Shown here piece by piece: positions 13,269-24,802 of a stretch of DNA of 64,000 nucleotides (within the stretch, counting starts at the first letter, position 1; every line of letters begins with the position of its first letter). Under the pieces are notes generated by a model. That model saw only the letters and a list, made by a program, of their open reading frames with translations. It was not told the DNA's origin and searched no databases. The DNA is from Raillietiella orientalis (taxonomy: Eukaryota), in contig JAYWIR010000022.1 in the NCBI GenBank assembly GCA_036172245.1, positions 2,356,001 to 2,420,000 on the forward strand, read 5' to 3'. Position numbers and translations under genes: made by a program.

Positions 13269-14133
13269 CTGCCAGGAGAGGACAACTTCGTCGTGCATCG
13301 CTACCTCAAGCTTTTCGACCCACCCCCCAGGCCGTCTACTGGTGCTCCTTGCAGAGGGCGAAGTTCTGACGTCTGAATAGTTCTGACGTCTTCGGGAGCC
13401 GCCCGTCGCACGTGGAAGGACGCTTCCCCCCCTCCCTCACCCCCGTCCTTGCGTGTCTCCTCGTCCACGCACGGAAAGGTCGGGGAGAGAGTCCCTTCCT
13501 CACCCTCCTGAAAGAGTGGGAGACGCCCTCCAGGCTATTTTGCTCTTCCCGGTGCTTCTCCTCTGGCTGGGAGCGCTCGCTGCCCTGGCTGGCGACCGCT
13601 TCCCTTGAAAAGGGGAGGGAACGGGAGACGAGGCTGCAGCTTTCCTTCCTTGTCCCTGCTGCATCCGTGGATCTTTCTCTCTCTCTCCGAGCCGACATGC
13701 TCCCCCTCAGCCACAGCCTGCAGGGACGGATTCATGGCCCACTGCAACTCCCCCTATCCGGGCAGCAGCGGCGCTTCCCTTCTCCGGGTCACGACGTCGG
13801 CTGCCTCACAAAAGAAAGGGGAAAGGAAAAACCGCGAACTTTGACCTGCGCACGTTTCGGTGGCAGAGTCTCTGCTCCCATCACCTCTTCGTGGAGTCGC
13901 AGAGAACATCCACTGTAGCCAGTCTGCTTGTGATGTGGGGAAGGCTGGCTGCCCTAGCGTGGTCGGATTTGGTCAGTTGCCGAAGCCACCTATTGTGGCC
14001 GCTCAAAGGTGAGCTGGAGAGCTCCAGTGCCTTTGTGGTTTGTAGCTGCGAGTCACTGCGTTCTTTGTGGTCTGCTGGTCGCGTCAGTTTGCCAGGAGAG
14101 GACAACCTCGCCGTGCATCGTTACCTCAGGCTG
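13269..14133 (+). repeat. Diverged 45-bp direct duplication (13269-13313 and 14089-14133)
   Basis: ctgccaggagaggacaacttcgtcgtgcatcgctacctcaagctt vs ttgccaggagaggacaacctcgccgtgcatcgttacctcaggctg; 39/45 identical, 820 nt apart. Confidence 0.8.
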
Positions 14134-16919
14134 CTGACATCTATGGACGAAGCTCTCAATTATTCGATCCAAACAAAATATCGACTTACGTTGTGATTCA
14201 AATGGATGAGGAAGGCTGTAAATTTCTGATAATAAGTCCTTTACTACAGGGTAATGATCGTGATCTTCATAACCGACTGAACCTTTACTAGGGGGCAGAC
14301 CCTTCCGGAGGACTTCCCGAACGTGATCGCCGCGCTATCGCGTGACGAGAGAATCGACGCTCGTCACGCGAGTCACCTGTTCCCCTCCCCCTCCTTCCGG
14401 CTTAACTGTCAGGATGCCATTCCAAACCCAAAGCTCCTGCGTGACATCTAGCGGAAGGCTGCGGAGACGGGGTGTTCCAAGATAATCCTCATCAAATCGC
14501 ATCCTGTCTTTCCTGGTCGTTGCGGCAGGGAGAACGCAGGCGGGGCAAGGCCCTTCGTGGGATCCCCGGCGGCTTGAAATGCACGTGGAGGCCTCTCCCG
14601 TGGTGGGAACCCTCCTGAGCCTGAGGCGCTGTTCGCCGAAGGTCTTCGATCCTTTCGCTTCTGGTTTCCAACTTTGCAAAAACCGATACCCTTGGTCGGG
14701 CTTGGGCATGGAGAGGGACTAGCTGAGCGGAGATAGGTGGGTGATCCGCAACCACCCCACAGTATTATGATCCAGTCTGCGCCGAGTGGTCATCCTGCCG
14801 ACCCCTGCAGCCCGCAGCAGCCGGATTTGACTTCCTCTCTCACGGGTCGCAGCCCTCCATTTGCGCTGTCGGCGAAACTCGGCACGCGGCGAGACGGGAA
14901 ACGGCAACCCTGCAAACCGACCCTTCGAATGCCCTCGAACGGCCCTGGCCTTTTACGGAAGAGGGGGATGGAAGGGGATGGAGGGGCGAAATTTCGGATC
15001 TCTCCCCCTCCCCCCCCCAGTGCACTGCACGCCAGGGGTGTTTTAAACCTTTCTCTTTTCACATTCTGCAATGCGGACTGCACCATTTACAGAAGTTGGG
15101 CGCACGCGGAAAACCTTAAGTCAGCGAAGTTTCCGGTTTTTCGAAATCTGTGCTGAGGAAGAGGCTGAGGGCGTGCTCCCTCGTCGAAAGATGAGGGAGC
15201 ATGCCCCCCACTGAGCGTTATCCCCGCATCTTTTGGTGAGCAGCACCCCTTCTTCAGCCACCTCTTCTGCCGTCGTCCATTTTCGTAATCTTCCGTCTTC
15301 TGATTAAGGCAGCTGCGTTCGCTCCCCCCCCCCTACCGGCGTGACGATCCTTCGGAGTGATGACGCCTCTCCCTTCCCCACCACCTCCCTCCCTCTCAGC
15401 ATGCCTTTTTTTCCACCTGCCAGGGTCACGATACGCGTCGCCTATCTCCCAGCGGCTGCTGTCCGGAGTCCTTGCGACCGACAGCGTGCATCTGCTTCTC
15501 GGTGTCTCCTCACACCCGGCCGCATCCGCTTTGAGACCGGTGCTCTGGCGTGCTGCTGCATCTCGAGGCACACCCCATTCGCCTTTCCGACGGTTGCAGA
15601 GCTTCGCTTCCTGTTTCCCAGCACCCATGCAGGAGTGAAGTCGCCGCCGGGCACATCGAATCTGCGCTTGAGGACGAGCTCTCGCCTCTGCAGATGGTTC
15701 TCCATTTGTCCTCCCGCCACCCATCACCTGTTGTCCTGTCCTTGTGCTTTCACTCTGGTGCAGAGATATGTTCGGCTACGCGGACTGCAGCCTGCAGGTT
15801 TTCCCATGGAAATGGAACCGGGTGGACTACAGAGCTATCCCTGTGGCTAGTTCTCCACCTCCTGTGCGGCAACAGGTGAGGGGTGACAGGCACTACCAGG
15901 GACCTCAACTGCAAGTCGCTGCTAAGTTTTATTTAAGCAGCTGATTCACTCCAACTTTGGGTAACATCGCGAGGAAATGACCCAACAAACCTGACATGGA
16001 TAGTCTTGTCGCTGATTGTAGTCGATGGGTAGGAGATGCGGTTGAGCACATGTGGTTAAGGTCGATGGAGAGCGAGGAACTATTTAATTTTGGTCAGAAT
16101 ATGAACGACATATCCAAGGCAATGAAGTTTATTAAGGGCCAGTGCCGTTAAAGGCTAGTTTGGACTCATATCCTATCAGAACGGATGAGGTTTGGGAAGC
16201 ACTGGTGTGGTGGCTAGAAGCGTTTTTCGTGTTACATGTTACTTTTATTGCGAAAGTTGTGCAGTATAAGGGAGGGTGAATTTGGGGGATGGGTTAGCAA
16301 GTTTACTCATGCTGCTTGGAAGCTTCAAGAGAGCAAACACTGAGCTGAAGATATAAGCTGACCCTCAGCTAGCTGAGGTGCTTTGTTTTTAACGAAATCC
16401 TTTTGATGGGGACTGAGGTGACGCCAGGGTCCATGCAGTTTATGGGTTTGGGAAGCCTGCTTATTTAATTTATCCCGAATAGGGGGGAGGGATGTGGGAA
16501 CAGTGCTGGTGATCGATAGAGGAACGAAGCTTTAACGAAGTGACATTTCTAATTGTGGCTCATGCAGTGTGTGGTTTCTTCGTGGCAATTGCAGGATATC
16601 TTGAAAGACGTCCTTTTACAGGAGGTATTAAGTATTCATCATCTGATGATTGGAAGTCATTACTGGATTATGGAAAACATCTGAGTAAACGTAGAATTGG
16701 CTGATATGAAGCTAGCAAAATTATTTCATGGGAACATGTGGTATTAAAGCCACTCCGTTTAAAACTGTTTCTCGTATTGCTAGCACAGTCGAGACGGTAC
16801 TATCTAAAGCAATCTCAAATGATTTTTTCCCACATTTTCTTTGGTGATTTTCGTGAATCTTTACTCGCGATGCTGTCCCATTTAAAATGTACTGTTGGTT
16901 TGCCTAAGTGGCCGAATCT

Positions 16920-16959
16920 AATAGGCGGTGGCTCGCTAATCAGCGAGCCACCGCCTATT
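16920..16959. repeat. Perfect inverted repeat, 18-bp stem with 4-nt loop
   Basis: aataggcggtggctcgct-aatc-agcgagccaccgcctatt. Confidence 0.95.
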
Positions 16960-18461
16960 CCAGTCTTGAGGAATGTTGGATAAGAACTGCTCAAAGAATC
17001 CTTGAGCATGACAGTAGTCTCATGATCTACATCCTGCATTTGGTATTTGCCGAGTGGAAAGCTAGCTTAGCTGTTTTGCCAAGTAGAGATTCTATTTGTT
17101 CGGTGTCTTCTACTCTGGTATTTTTCCAACGCCGTAGTGGAAATATGACGAAGCTGGTTTCGGAATTACAAAATCACGAAAGACATTTGGAAAACCACTC
17201 CGATTACATATTAAAATAAGTCTGGATAAGAATTACATCTATATTATATATAATACACTTAAACTTACTTCCCATAAATGAATTCCACTTTAGCCAACTG
17301 CATTCTATTTCAAATGAAAAATATGTTTGTACGGTAGAAGGTTGCTGACAACACAAGTAGATTTAAGGGACTATTCTTCCTTCGATCTCCAGTCCTGAGA
17401 AAAGTGTATTGAAAACTTTCAAAACCATTGGCTGAAAGTTCCAAGCCATGCCCGAGTCGACTATGTAATCCTAAATGTTCACCATTCTTCAATGGCTTGA
17501 ATGATGTCATTTTGAATTTAGGGAAGCGAAGGTGATGTGAATTCAGGAGGAAGAGAAGGACAGAAAGCAAAAAAAAAATGCAAAACCATGTTATTTAATT
17601 GATTTTCAAGCAGTATATCATTTCAAAACAACCTGTCTGAAATCAACAACCTCAAAATGCAGAACTTAAATAAACTGTAATTTCAAATATGGCGTCTGTT
17701 TTCTATTTTCAAGTTTTTGAGAAGAGTCAAAAGCAGAAAGCAAAAACACTGCCCAATCTTGTTCATGATCACTGATTCTTGAAGATGTATGAGATACGTT
17801 CGTAGCCTTTTGTTAAAAAGGTTTGTTTCCATTGTAATGATAGCAGCTGGACTTCTCACATCTTGATAAAAGTTTCTTTCCCTGCAAATTTTAGTTCGTC
17901 CTTTGAAAAGCCATGTGCAAAAAAAGAGCCATGAACGTCGCGAATGTTTTCCAGGATTTTTTTTTTTTCGGGGGGGGGGGAGATGGGGTGGAGGAGGGGA
18001 GAGGAGGGGGTTGATATGAAAATGTTCCACGTGAATTATCAGCACTGAATGTTTACTGTGGTGAATTCATGTTTGATAGTCATTTCTGTGTTTCGCACCA
18101 CATGATAGCTCGTTTCGACTATTCAGATATTACTCTGTTGGTCCGTTCCGTACACCAGGGTTTGTACGGTATATTCAGCGATGGCTTGGCTTCACGCGAA
18201 TAATAAAAAATAAATAAATACATTTCCAAGACCTTGGCATCTACTCCGCTTTACATGTTTACGGGACATAAAGATTCGACAAGTGATGGCAGCGATGCGG
18301 TACCTCATGATAATCTACTAAACTGGTACTTTTCCACTTTTCAGCGTATAATTTTTTTCCTCCTGAGATCATTGCTGCATCCGAAGCCCCGAGCTGGGTG
18401 TGCAATGCCTGGTGGCAATGCTCGCATGTAGCTGCACCGCGAGGCAGCCGCATGAAACACC

Positions 18462-20235
18462 ATGTGTATGAAGTACCTTCTTCGTTATGCCAATGAACAC
18501 CTTGATTTTCGATTCCCAGTAGGTAGGCTTTACCGTATTTTTTTTTTTTTTTTTTTTATGGAGGTTCGTTTCAGTTTATTGTTATGCGTGTTTGAGTGTA
18601 TCTCTCTGCTCCAATGCTGTTTAGCATGTACTTTTTAGGAGTTGACATCGCTCTGTTCCATGCTTTCAGCCTCCTTGAAGTGGGATGAAACCTCCACACA
18701 TTCAGTAGGAAAACGAAATGCTTAATAACGTGGTGTCCGAATGTATTGTAGCCATTCTTAATAGTATCGGCAAGCGAAGACGATGTACGTAAGGTGGTCT
18801 CCAGAAGCATCCTCGTGCACTCTTGCTATGAGCTTTGGGGTGAGGGCGCAAACCAAGACAACTTGAATCAAAATATTATGAGTAACTTACGGAGCGTCTT
18901 CAAAGATCACTACAGGCAACAGAGCTTCCGAATTCAGGTAGATACGTATGGAAAGTCCATAAGTTTAAAGGAAAAGATCGCGAAGATTGAGGTATTTATA
19001 TGAAAAATGTAAGATTAATTAAGATTCATCCATTAGATGTTCAGTTTTTTGCCACTGGATGGAAAAATATGTCTTTCATCTCCGCAACTTTCTTTACATC
19101 TGCAAGAACTGTATGGCTGTGATCCAAGCAATACCATTCCCAACCCAATAACATCATTTTTTGGCAGATGGGTAAAGTAAAAAATAAATACAGAAATTGC
19201 GCTATATAAAGAGAAATAGATATGCAATGGCCATCGAAGTCATATACATACATATAACCTTAAGCAACGTACATTTCTGGGTAATACCAGCATGGATCCA
19301 CAGTTAGCACTTATTATGGCCAACATGGCTCAAGTGCAGCCCAATCATTTGGTTCTTGATCCATTTGTTGGTACAGGTAAAGAAGAATACTTGGTAAATT
19401 GTACTAATTGTAACTAGGATCTTTATTGGTAGCTGCTGCTCATTTTGGGGCTTATGTGTTGGGCACAGACATTGGTTACCTAATGCTCCATGGGCGTACA
19501 AAATCTTCTCGTTTCAAACAGGTATACATTAACTGTCTTGATTTTTTGTATAAGATTACACAGAAGGAACGTCAGAAAGGAGAAAGTGTCTTGAGCAATT
19601 TAGAGCAATATGGCAAAGCTCACCAATATCTTGATGTCTTAGTAGCAGATGCATCTCTGCCTCTTTGGCATGACAGATTGCGAATAAATGCTATTTTGAC
19701 AGACCCTCCATATGGAATACGGGAAGCAACTTGGAGAATTGGTTCAAATCATAATCATGTTATAGAAACACATCATCTAGCTACTCACATTCCTTCAAAG
19801 GTAATTAGATATTAATGACTGATTAGTATCTGGCTGCTGTAGGTCACATATGGTTTGGCCATGCTATATAATGATCTTATGAAATTTGCTGTTCGGCATC
19901 TTGTCTTAAATGGTCGTTTAGTGATGTGGGTTCCTGTATTTTGTGAGAGTTATGATTCGGAGATGCTTCCTAGTCATCCTTGTTTAAAACTAGTAGCAGA
20001 CTGTGAACAGGTGCTGACACGTCACTCTTCACGACATCTCATCATTATGCAAAAAGTAAAAGAATGGGAAGATGGAGTGGATGAAACAGCTGTTGAAAAT
20101 CTAGCATTAGATTTATTTCGGCATAAATTTTTCCAGTCTTTTAAAACATGCCCAAAAGGTGAAACCAATTCAAAACCAGAGGTTACTATGGACAAATCTT
20201 CGAATTACGGGAAAAAACATTTTCCCATCATGTAG
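18462..20235 (+). CDS. TRMT11: tRNA (guanine-10-N2)-methyltransferase TRM11 homolog
   Basis: Exons 18462-18518, 18639-18704, 18752-18991, 19037-19171, 19220-19376, 19418-19521, 19564-19800, 19843-20235. Motifs: KYLLRYANEHLDFRFPE, YELWG, FFGRW, FLGNTSMD, DPFVGTGSLL (SAM-binding), AAHFGAYVLGTDI, ILTDPPYGIRE, LNGRLVMWVP, HPCLKLVADCEQ. Confidence 0.95.
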
Positions 20236-20394
20236 CTCCCTAATGCAGTGTTTAACAGAAACATGGAACTGAATTGAAGACATGTGCTCTTTGCATATGC
20301 ATCAAATCAACAAAATTTACTAGGAAATGTTGCACTGCCCTGAACGTTGATTTCATAAAAAGTGTACACTGCAATGTTTTAAACAGTTTTAAGA

Positions 20395-20400
20395 AATAAA
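20395..20400 (+). terminator. Poly(A) signal of TRMT11
   Basis: AATAAA 160 nt after the stop codon. Confidence 0.55.
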
Positions 20401-22034
20401 TGTATAAGAATTTAAGCCTATTTCACATTGGTACGCATTGAGCAGTTTTCTTAAAAAAAAATTTTTCAACATTTTCAATTATAACTGTTTCATGAGAATG
20501 GTGCAGCAGACAGTGCCTGGGATGCTATATGGTTTTGTGGATTTGCTCCACGCATATAGGGATAACAAGATCGAAAACATGACCTGGATAACACGGTGTT
20601 GGCTTCAAGGAGCATGGACAATACAGAAAGTTGCTACAGCAAGAATTCGCGATACAGCAAGTCAAGGTACAAATAACTGGACCAGTTCACAATTTTTTGA
20701 CAAATGGCATTACGCCGTTGGCAATGTATTAGAAATATATATTCGTCCTACTGAACAATTACATTTAGCATGGTATATTTACAGAAACTCTGATTACTGT
20801 GAAACGCTAGGCAGCTGCAGGATACTCTAAGTCTCCGTTCATAGTAAAAAAAAAAAAATGGAAATGAAAAGGAACTCAAACTACATCGTAATTGCTCAAA
20901 ATCCCGAGTCACCCCAAAGCCATTCCAAGCACTCTTTTGCTCACTGACTTTCCACTTTGAAATGCTGTTTGAAGGAATCCATTACTGCTTGCTCTTGTAC
21001 CCACTCCTGTGCATTCAGGGAAACTATTTCCAATCTGGCTACGACTACTCACGTACTGGAGTCTTCCATGGTAGGCAAGGTGTTCCGGGTCTGCGCCTTC
21101 ATCGGTAGGAATCTTCGCTGCTTTCCTTCTCTTTAGTGCCTCAGGGACAAGTGCATTGGTTATATTTTTAAGGTCAGCATTTCATGTGCTTTCTTGGACG
21201 ATTTACAATGCACAATCCCTAACTTCTTGGATAAGGCACCCCAGCGCGCCAATCGTTTTCATAAACAGCTCACCCTTCATCCGGCAGTTTTGAAATGAGA
21301 AAATGATCTCGAGAGGATCTGCAGATGCCATCTCTTTCCACGACTACTCAGCAAGCGTCTCAGACCATGGTATTCCATAAACCACTCCAGGTCACGGAGT
21401 CGGTTCCGAAGGATCCCTGTGACCCTGAAGTATGCTACGATATCATCATCACCCGAAAGTTCATCCTTCGATATGTTGGTCCATATCTAAGGGCCTTTGG
21501 AGTTGGAAATCAAGACATTACGTATCTGATTCTAGTTCCAGGTTTTGAAAAAAGAGTATCACTGCTCTCTTGCATTTTAAACTGCACTTGAATTTCATAA
21601 ATCTTGTCTCCAAAAATGTTAGAATTCATCTTGAAACCATAAAAAATATGGCTGTAAGTATAAATCTTCACCTCCTGCATCAAAGTGATCGGGAAATAGA
21701 ATCCCAGAATCTTTAGACATCGCTGTTTGATTTTTATTTTTATTTGACACTTATTCATGATCAATAGCTTTTCTCACGGAACTTATAGAAAACGGAATCT
21801 TTCGAGTCCACCGTGCTTTTTTCACCTAATGTCTTTAAAACGATAGTTCATACCAGAATACGTTTCTTTCTCCTTGAAAGCATACTTGATCTGTGACTAA
21901 GTAAAAGACCAGTAGCATCTCTGGTATGAAGTCATCGGAATCAGAAGTCTCTTTTTCGAGCGTTACTAGCTTTTTCGTAGGTCCACTCAATGCTCAATGT
22001 GTGAGCCCAGTTATTTGTTTACTTAAATGGAAAT

Positions 22035-22142
22035 TTTGGAACTTGGAAATTTGTTGGAACCTTGAAAATGCGTATATATATATAAATATATATATATACG
22101 CATTACATTTTTCAAGGTTCCAACAAAGTTCCAAGTTTCAAA
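22035..22142. repeat. About 108-bp near-perfect foldback with a (TA)n core (MITE-like remnant)
   Basis: Left arm tttggaacttggaaatttgttggaaccttgaaaatgcgtatata pairs with right arm tatatacgcattacatttttcaaggttccaacaaagttccaagtttcaaa (2 mismatches, one 6-nt bulge). Confidence 0.85.
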
Positions 22143-22170
22143 TATATATATATATATATATATACAAGGA

Positions 22171-22203
<33 letters not shown>

Positions 22204-22206
22204 TAA
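22143..22206. repeat. Interrupted (TA)n microsatellite
   Basis: Two TA runs separated by caagga. Confidence 0.9.
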
Positions 22207-24802
22207 GGCAGGTTACCATATAAAGGCATTACTATCGATTAGTAATAGCTTTAAAATCATATACGGATTCCGTGAATGCATATCTCCTATTTCCAGTTGA
22301 AACCATACTGTGCAAACGCTGGCATGTGCTTCCAAAGTCAGCAGCAACTGCTCCACTACCTAATATGACTATTACGCACTTCGCATATCTTAATTTTTAC
22401 TGATATTCTTCCAAGTTGCGCGAAATCTTCATTATCAGTGTAGATCATCTTATGCTCAATATATTTGTCTCAAATGCAGCAGTTATTTGTTACTATAGAT
22501 ATAAGGTTGTTAAATGCCATGATTAATCATACTGGTAATGCAAGAAGCAATAATGTTAATAACATATCCCACCAGAAAGTTTTTTACCATTAATTTGGGC
22601 CCGCGAAACAGACTTGAAAATGATAAGGATTCCGGAGTGAACTTCAATCAAGACCTTTTCAGATACGGATGTGTACACTGCGTCTGATCCTAAACAGGTA
22701 AATAGATTGAATCTATACTTGCACGTGACAGTTTTCAAAGGCTCGCGAATTTCTCTGCCCAATCCACAATACTTGAAATACATGAAAGACGAAGAGATAA
22801 TGGAAAGATAAAGCCGAGTCTGAGTACAGAAGGAAAGATCATTGGATCCCCACAAACGGCACCGCTAGATCTGATACAGGATCTAATTACGGAAGGAAAG
22901 TAATCGGAAAATTTGTGAATTCCAATCACCTTCAGGTAGATTTAAAGAAAAGCTCTGATAACAATGGAACCTTTTCGGATGATATTTGGGTGCAGCATCC
23001 GGAACGGATGCAGTTTTTTATAGTAAGAGGGATGAGGCACCTTTTCGAAAAAACGAGAAACAAATCTTGTGGTGATTAAGCCCTCATCAGGGAATTTGGA
23101 AGCGTAAGCATATCAAGAAACTGCAGCACCTACATAAAAAATCAGTTGGAAGGAGGAGTCATCGGATTATGGGTCCCAAACACGAACCCCACAAGTACTC
23201 GAGTATGCTGCCTATGAAATCAAGTCTCCGTTTTCGTTGTTCAAACTCAGAAAGACGAGCAGGAGTATATCTTTCCGATTTTTTTTTTTTTTTTAGAATG
23301 CAGCGTGACAAAGAGCACGTTGCTGGTCTTCATTCATGTACGCGGCTCCCCCCCCCCCCCCCCAAATACCTGAGACCCCCAATTCCATGCGACAATCATT
23401 ACAAGTCCCTCGTTGGACTCGTGCATGCCGCCGCCAATGCTTCAGAAGAGGTTGCTGTCGAATCCCATCATAAATGTGGCGTGTCAATTGATGATGATTA
23501 GCAACGTGTAACGACGTGCAAAATAGCCTCCAGCTTTTCCCAAACCATAACGAGTTCCCATCGACAATGGTTTCGTGCCGGATGGACCCATTCTGTAGAA
23601 TACGAGCGACGTCAGGTCTAATTAGATTCGTTCCATGCTAAAACATTCCACATTTCATGACCGCTCTTACATGCCTGCATTCGTGCTTATTTCGTCTTCC
23701 TCTCCCAGCAGGCGATAAAACGCCAGTGCTCGAAAAAAAGCGCTCTATTTCGGCCTTCAAGCTGCTACTTGCTTCACTCTGCAATGCCCGACACGTGTGG
23801 ATGTTGCACACAACGATTAAAATGAACAGATACATCGTGTAAACACCACGACAATGGGAAAATACAGTTTTCACCCGGCATTCGGATGGTGTCTTGTTTC
23901 CTTACGTCCATGTATTCAACTTGGGAACACAACAGGGCACTTGTTCAAACCGAAGGAGGTTTGGGCCCACCTCGGAGTTAAACCTACAGACTTGGTCCAG
24001 TTTGCACACCTATGCACACCGTTCCCATACGGCTTGGTTAACAATCCACTTACCAATGATCTTACTGGTCCTGCACTCCAAACTGGCCCAAATGTGTAAT
24101 TATCCCAAAGAACAAAGATGTGGTGCACAGTCTTTTAACGTTTATGATTATATGGGATACTGTGTCGCTAATGACCAAACGAGCACGCGAAACCCAAGAG
24201 ATTTTACCCCCCCCCCCCTCCTGTGCCTGCGTACACAAATGTATGCCAGAAAGCAAAAAAACTTAACTGTCTTACAGTTCAAAATAATCAACACAGAAAT
24301 TGTCTACCAACCATTCAAGGTATTAAAATGATTAAAAAAACGCCCAGATGTCCTCTATGTTACCAATGAGCAATAAAAGTAGTGCAAATGTAAACAATGC
24401 ATCTATACGAATAGATTTATAAAAGTCTCAACTCTTGAATCTGTTTCATTCAATCACAGAAAAAATTCATACTAGACTAAGTTTAAAAGTTTCGAACCAA
24501 TATTCACGCTTTTATTGAAGCATCTGAAAATATACAAATGATTTATTATGAACAAAAAAACAAAAAACAAAAACAGCCAACATTTTCATATATGCATTCT
24601 CCATAATTGATTTTCAAATTATTTTCTAGCAATACCATAAGAGCAATATGCTATACACATCTGCCAAGGAATATAAGCAAATTCAATTAGTTTGGTTATT
24701 ATGCAGTACTAACTGATGCAGAAATTGTATGTAGCATAAGACTCTATAGAGTAAGGCCACTGCTTAATGCAGCTATCAACAAAGTGAACCACTGCTTCAC
24801 AA

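Noticed and set aside
18364..18374. TGAGATCATTG, resembling the bantam miRNA 5' end
   Set aside because: The 3' half does not match and there is no precursor hairpin
21926..22300. ORFs with IYIYIY runs
   Set aside because: Translations of (TA)n microsatellites
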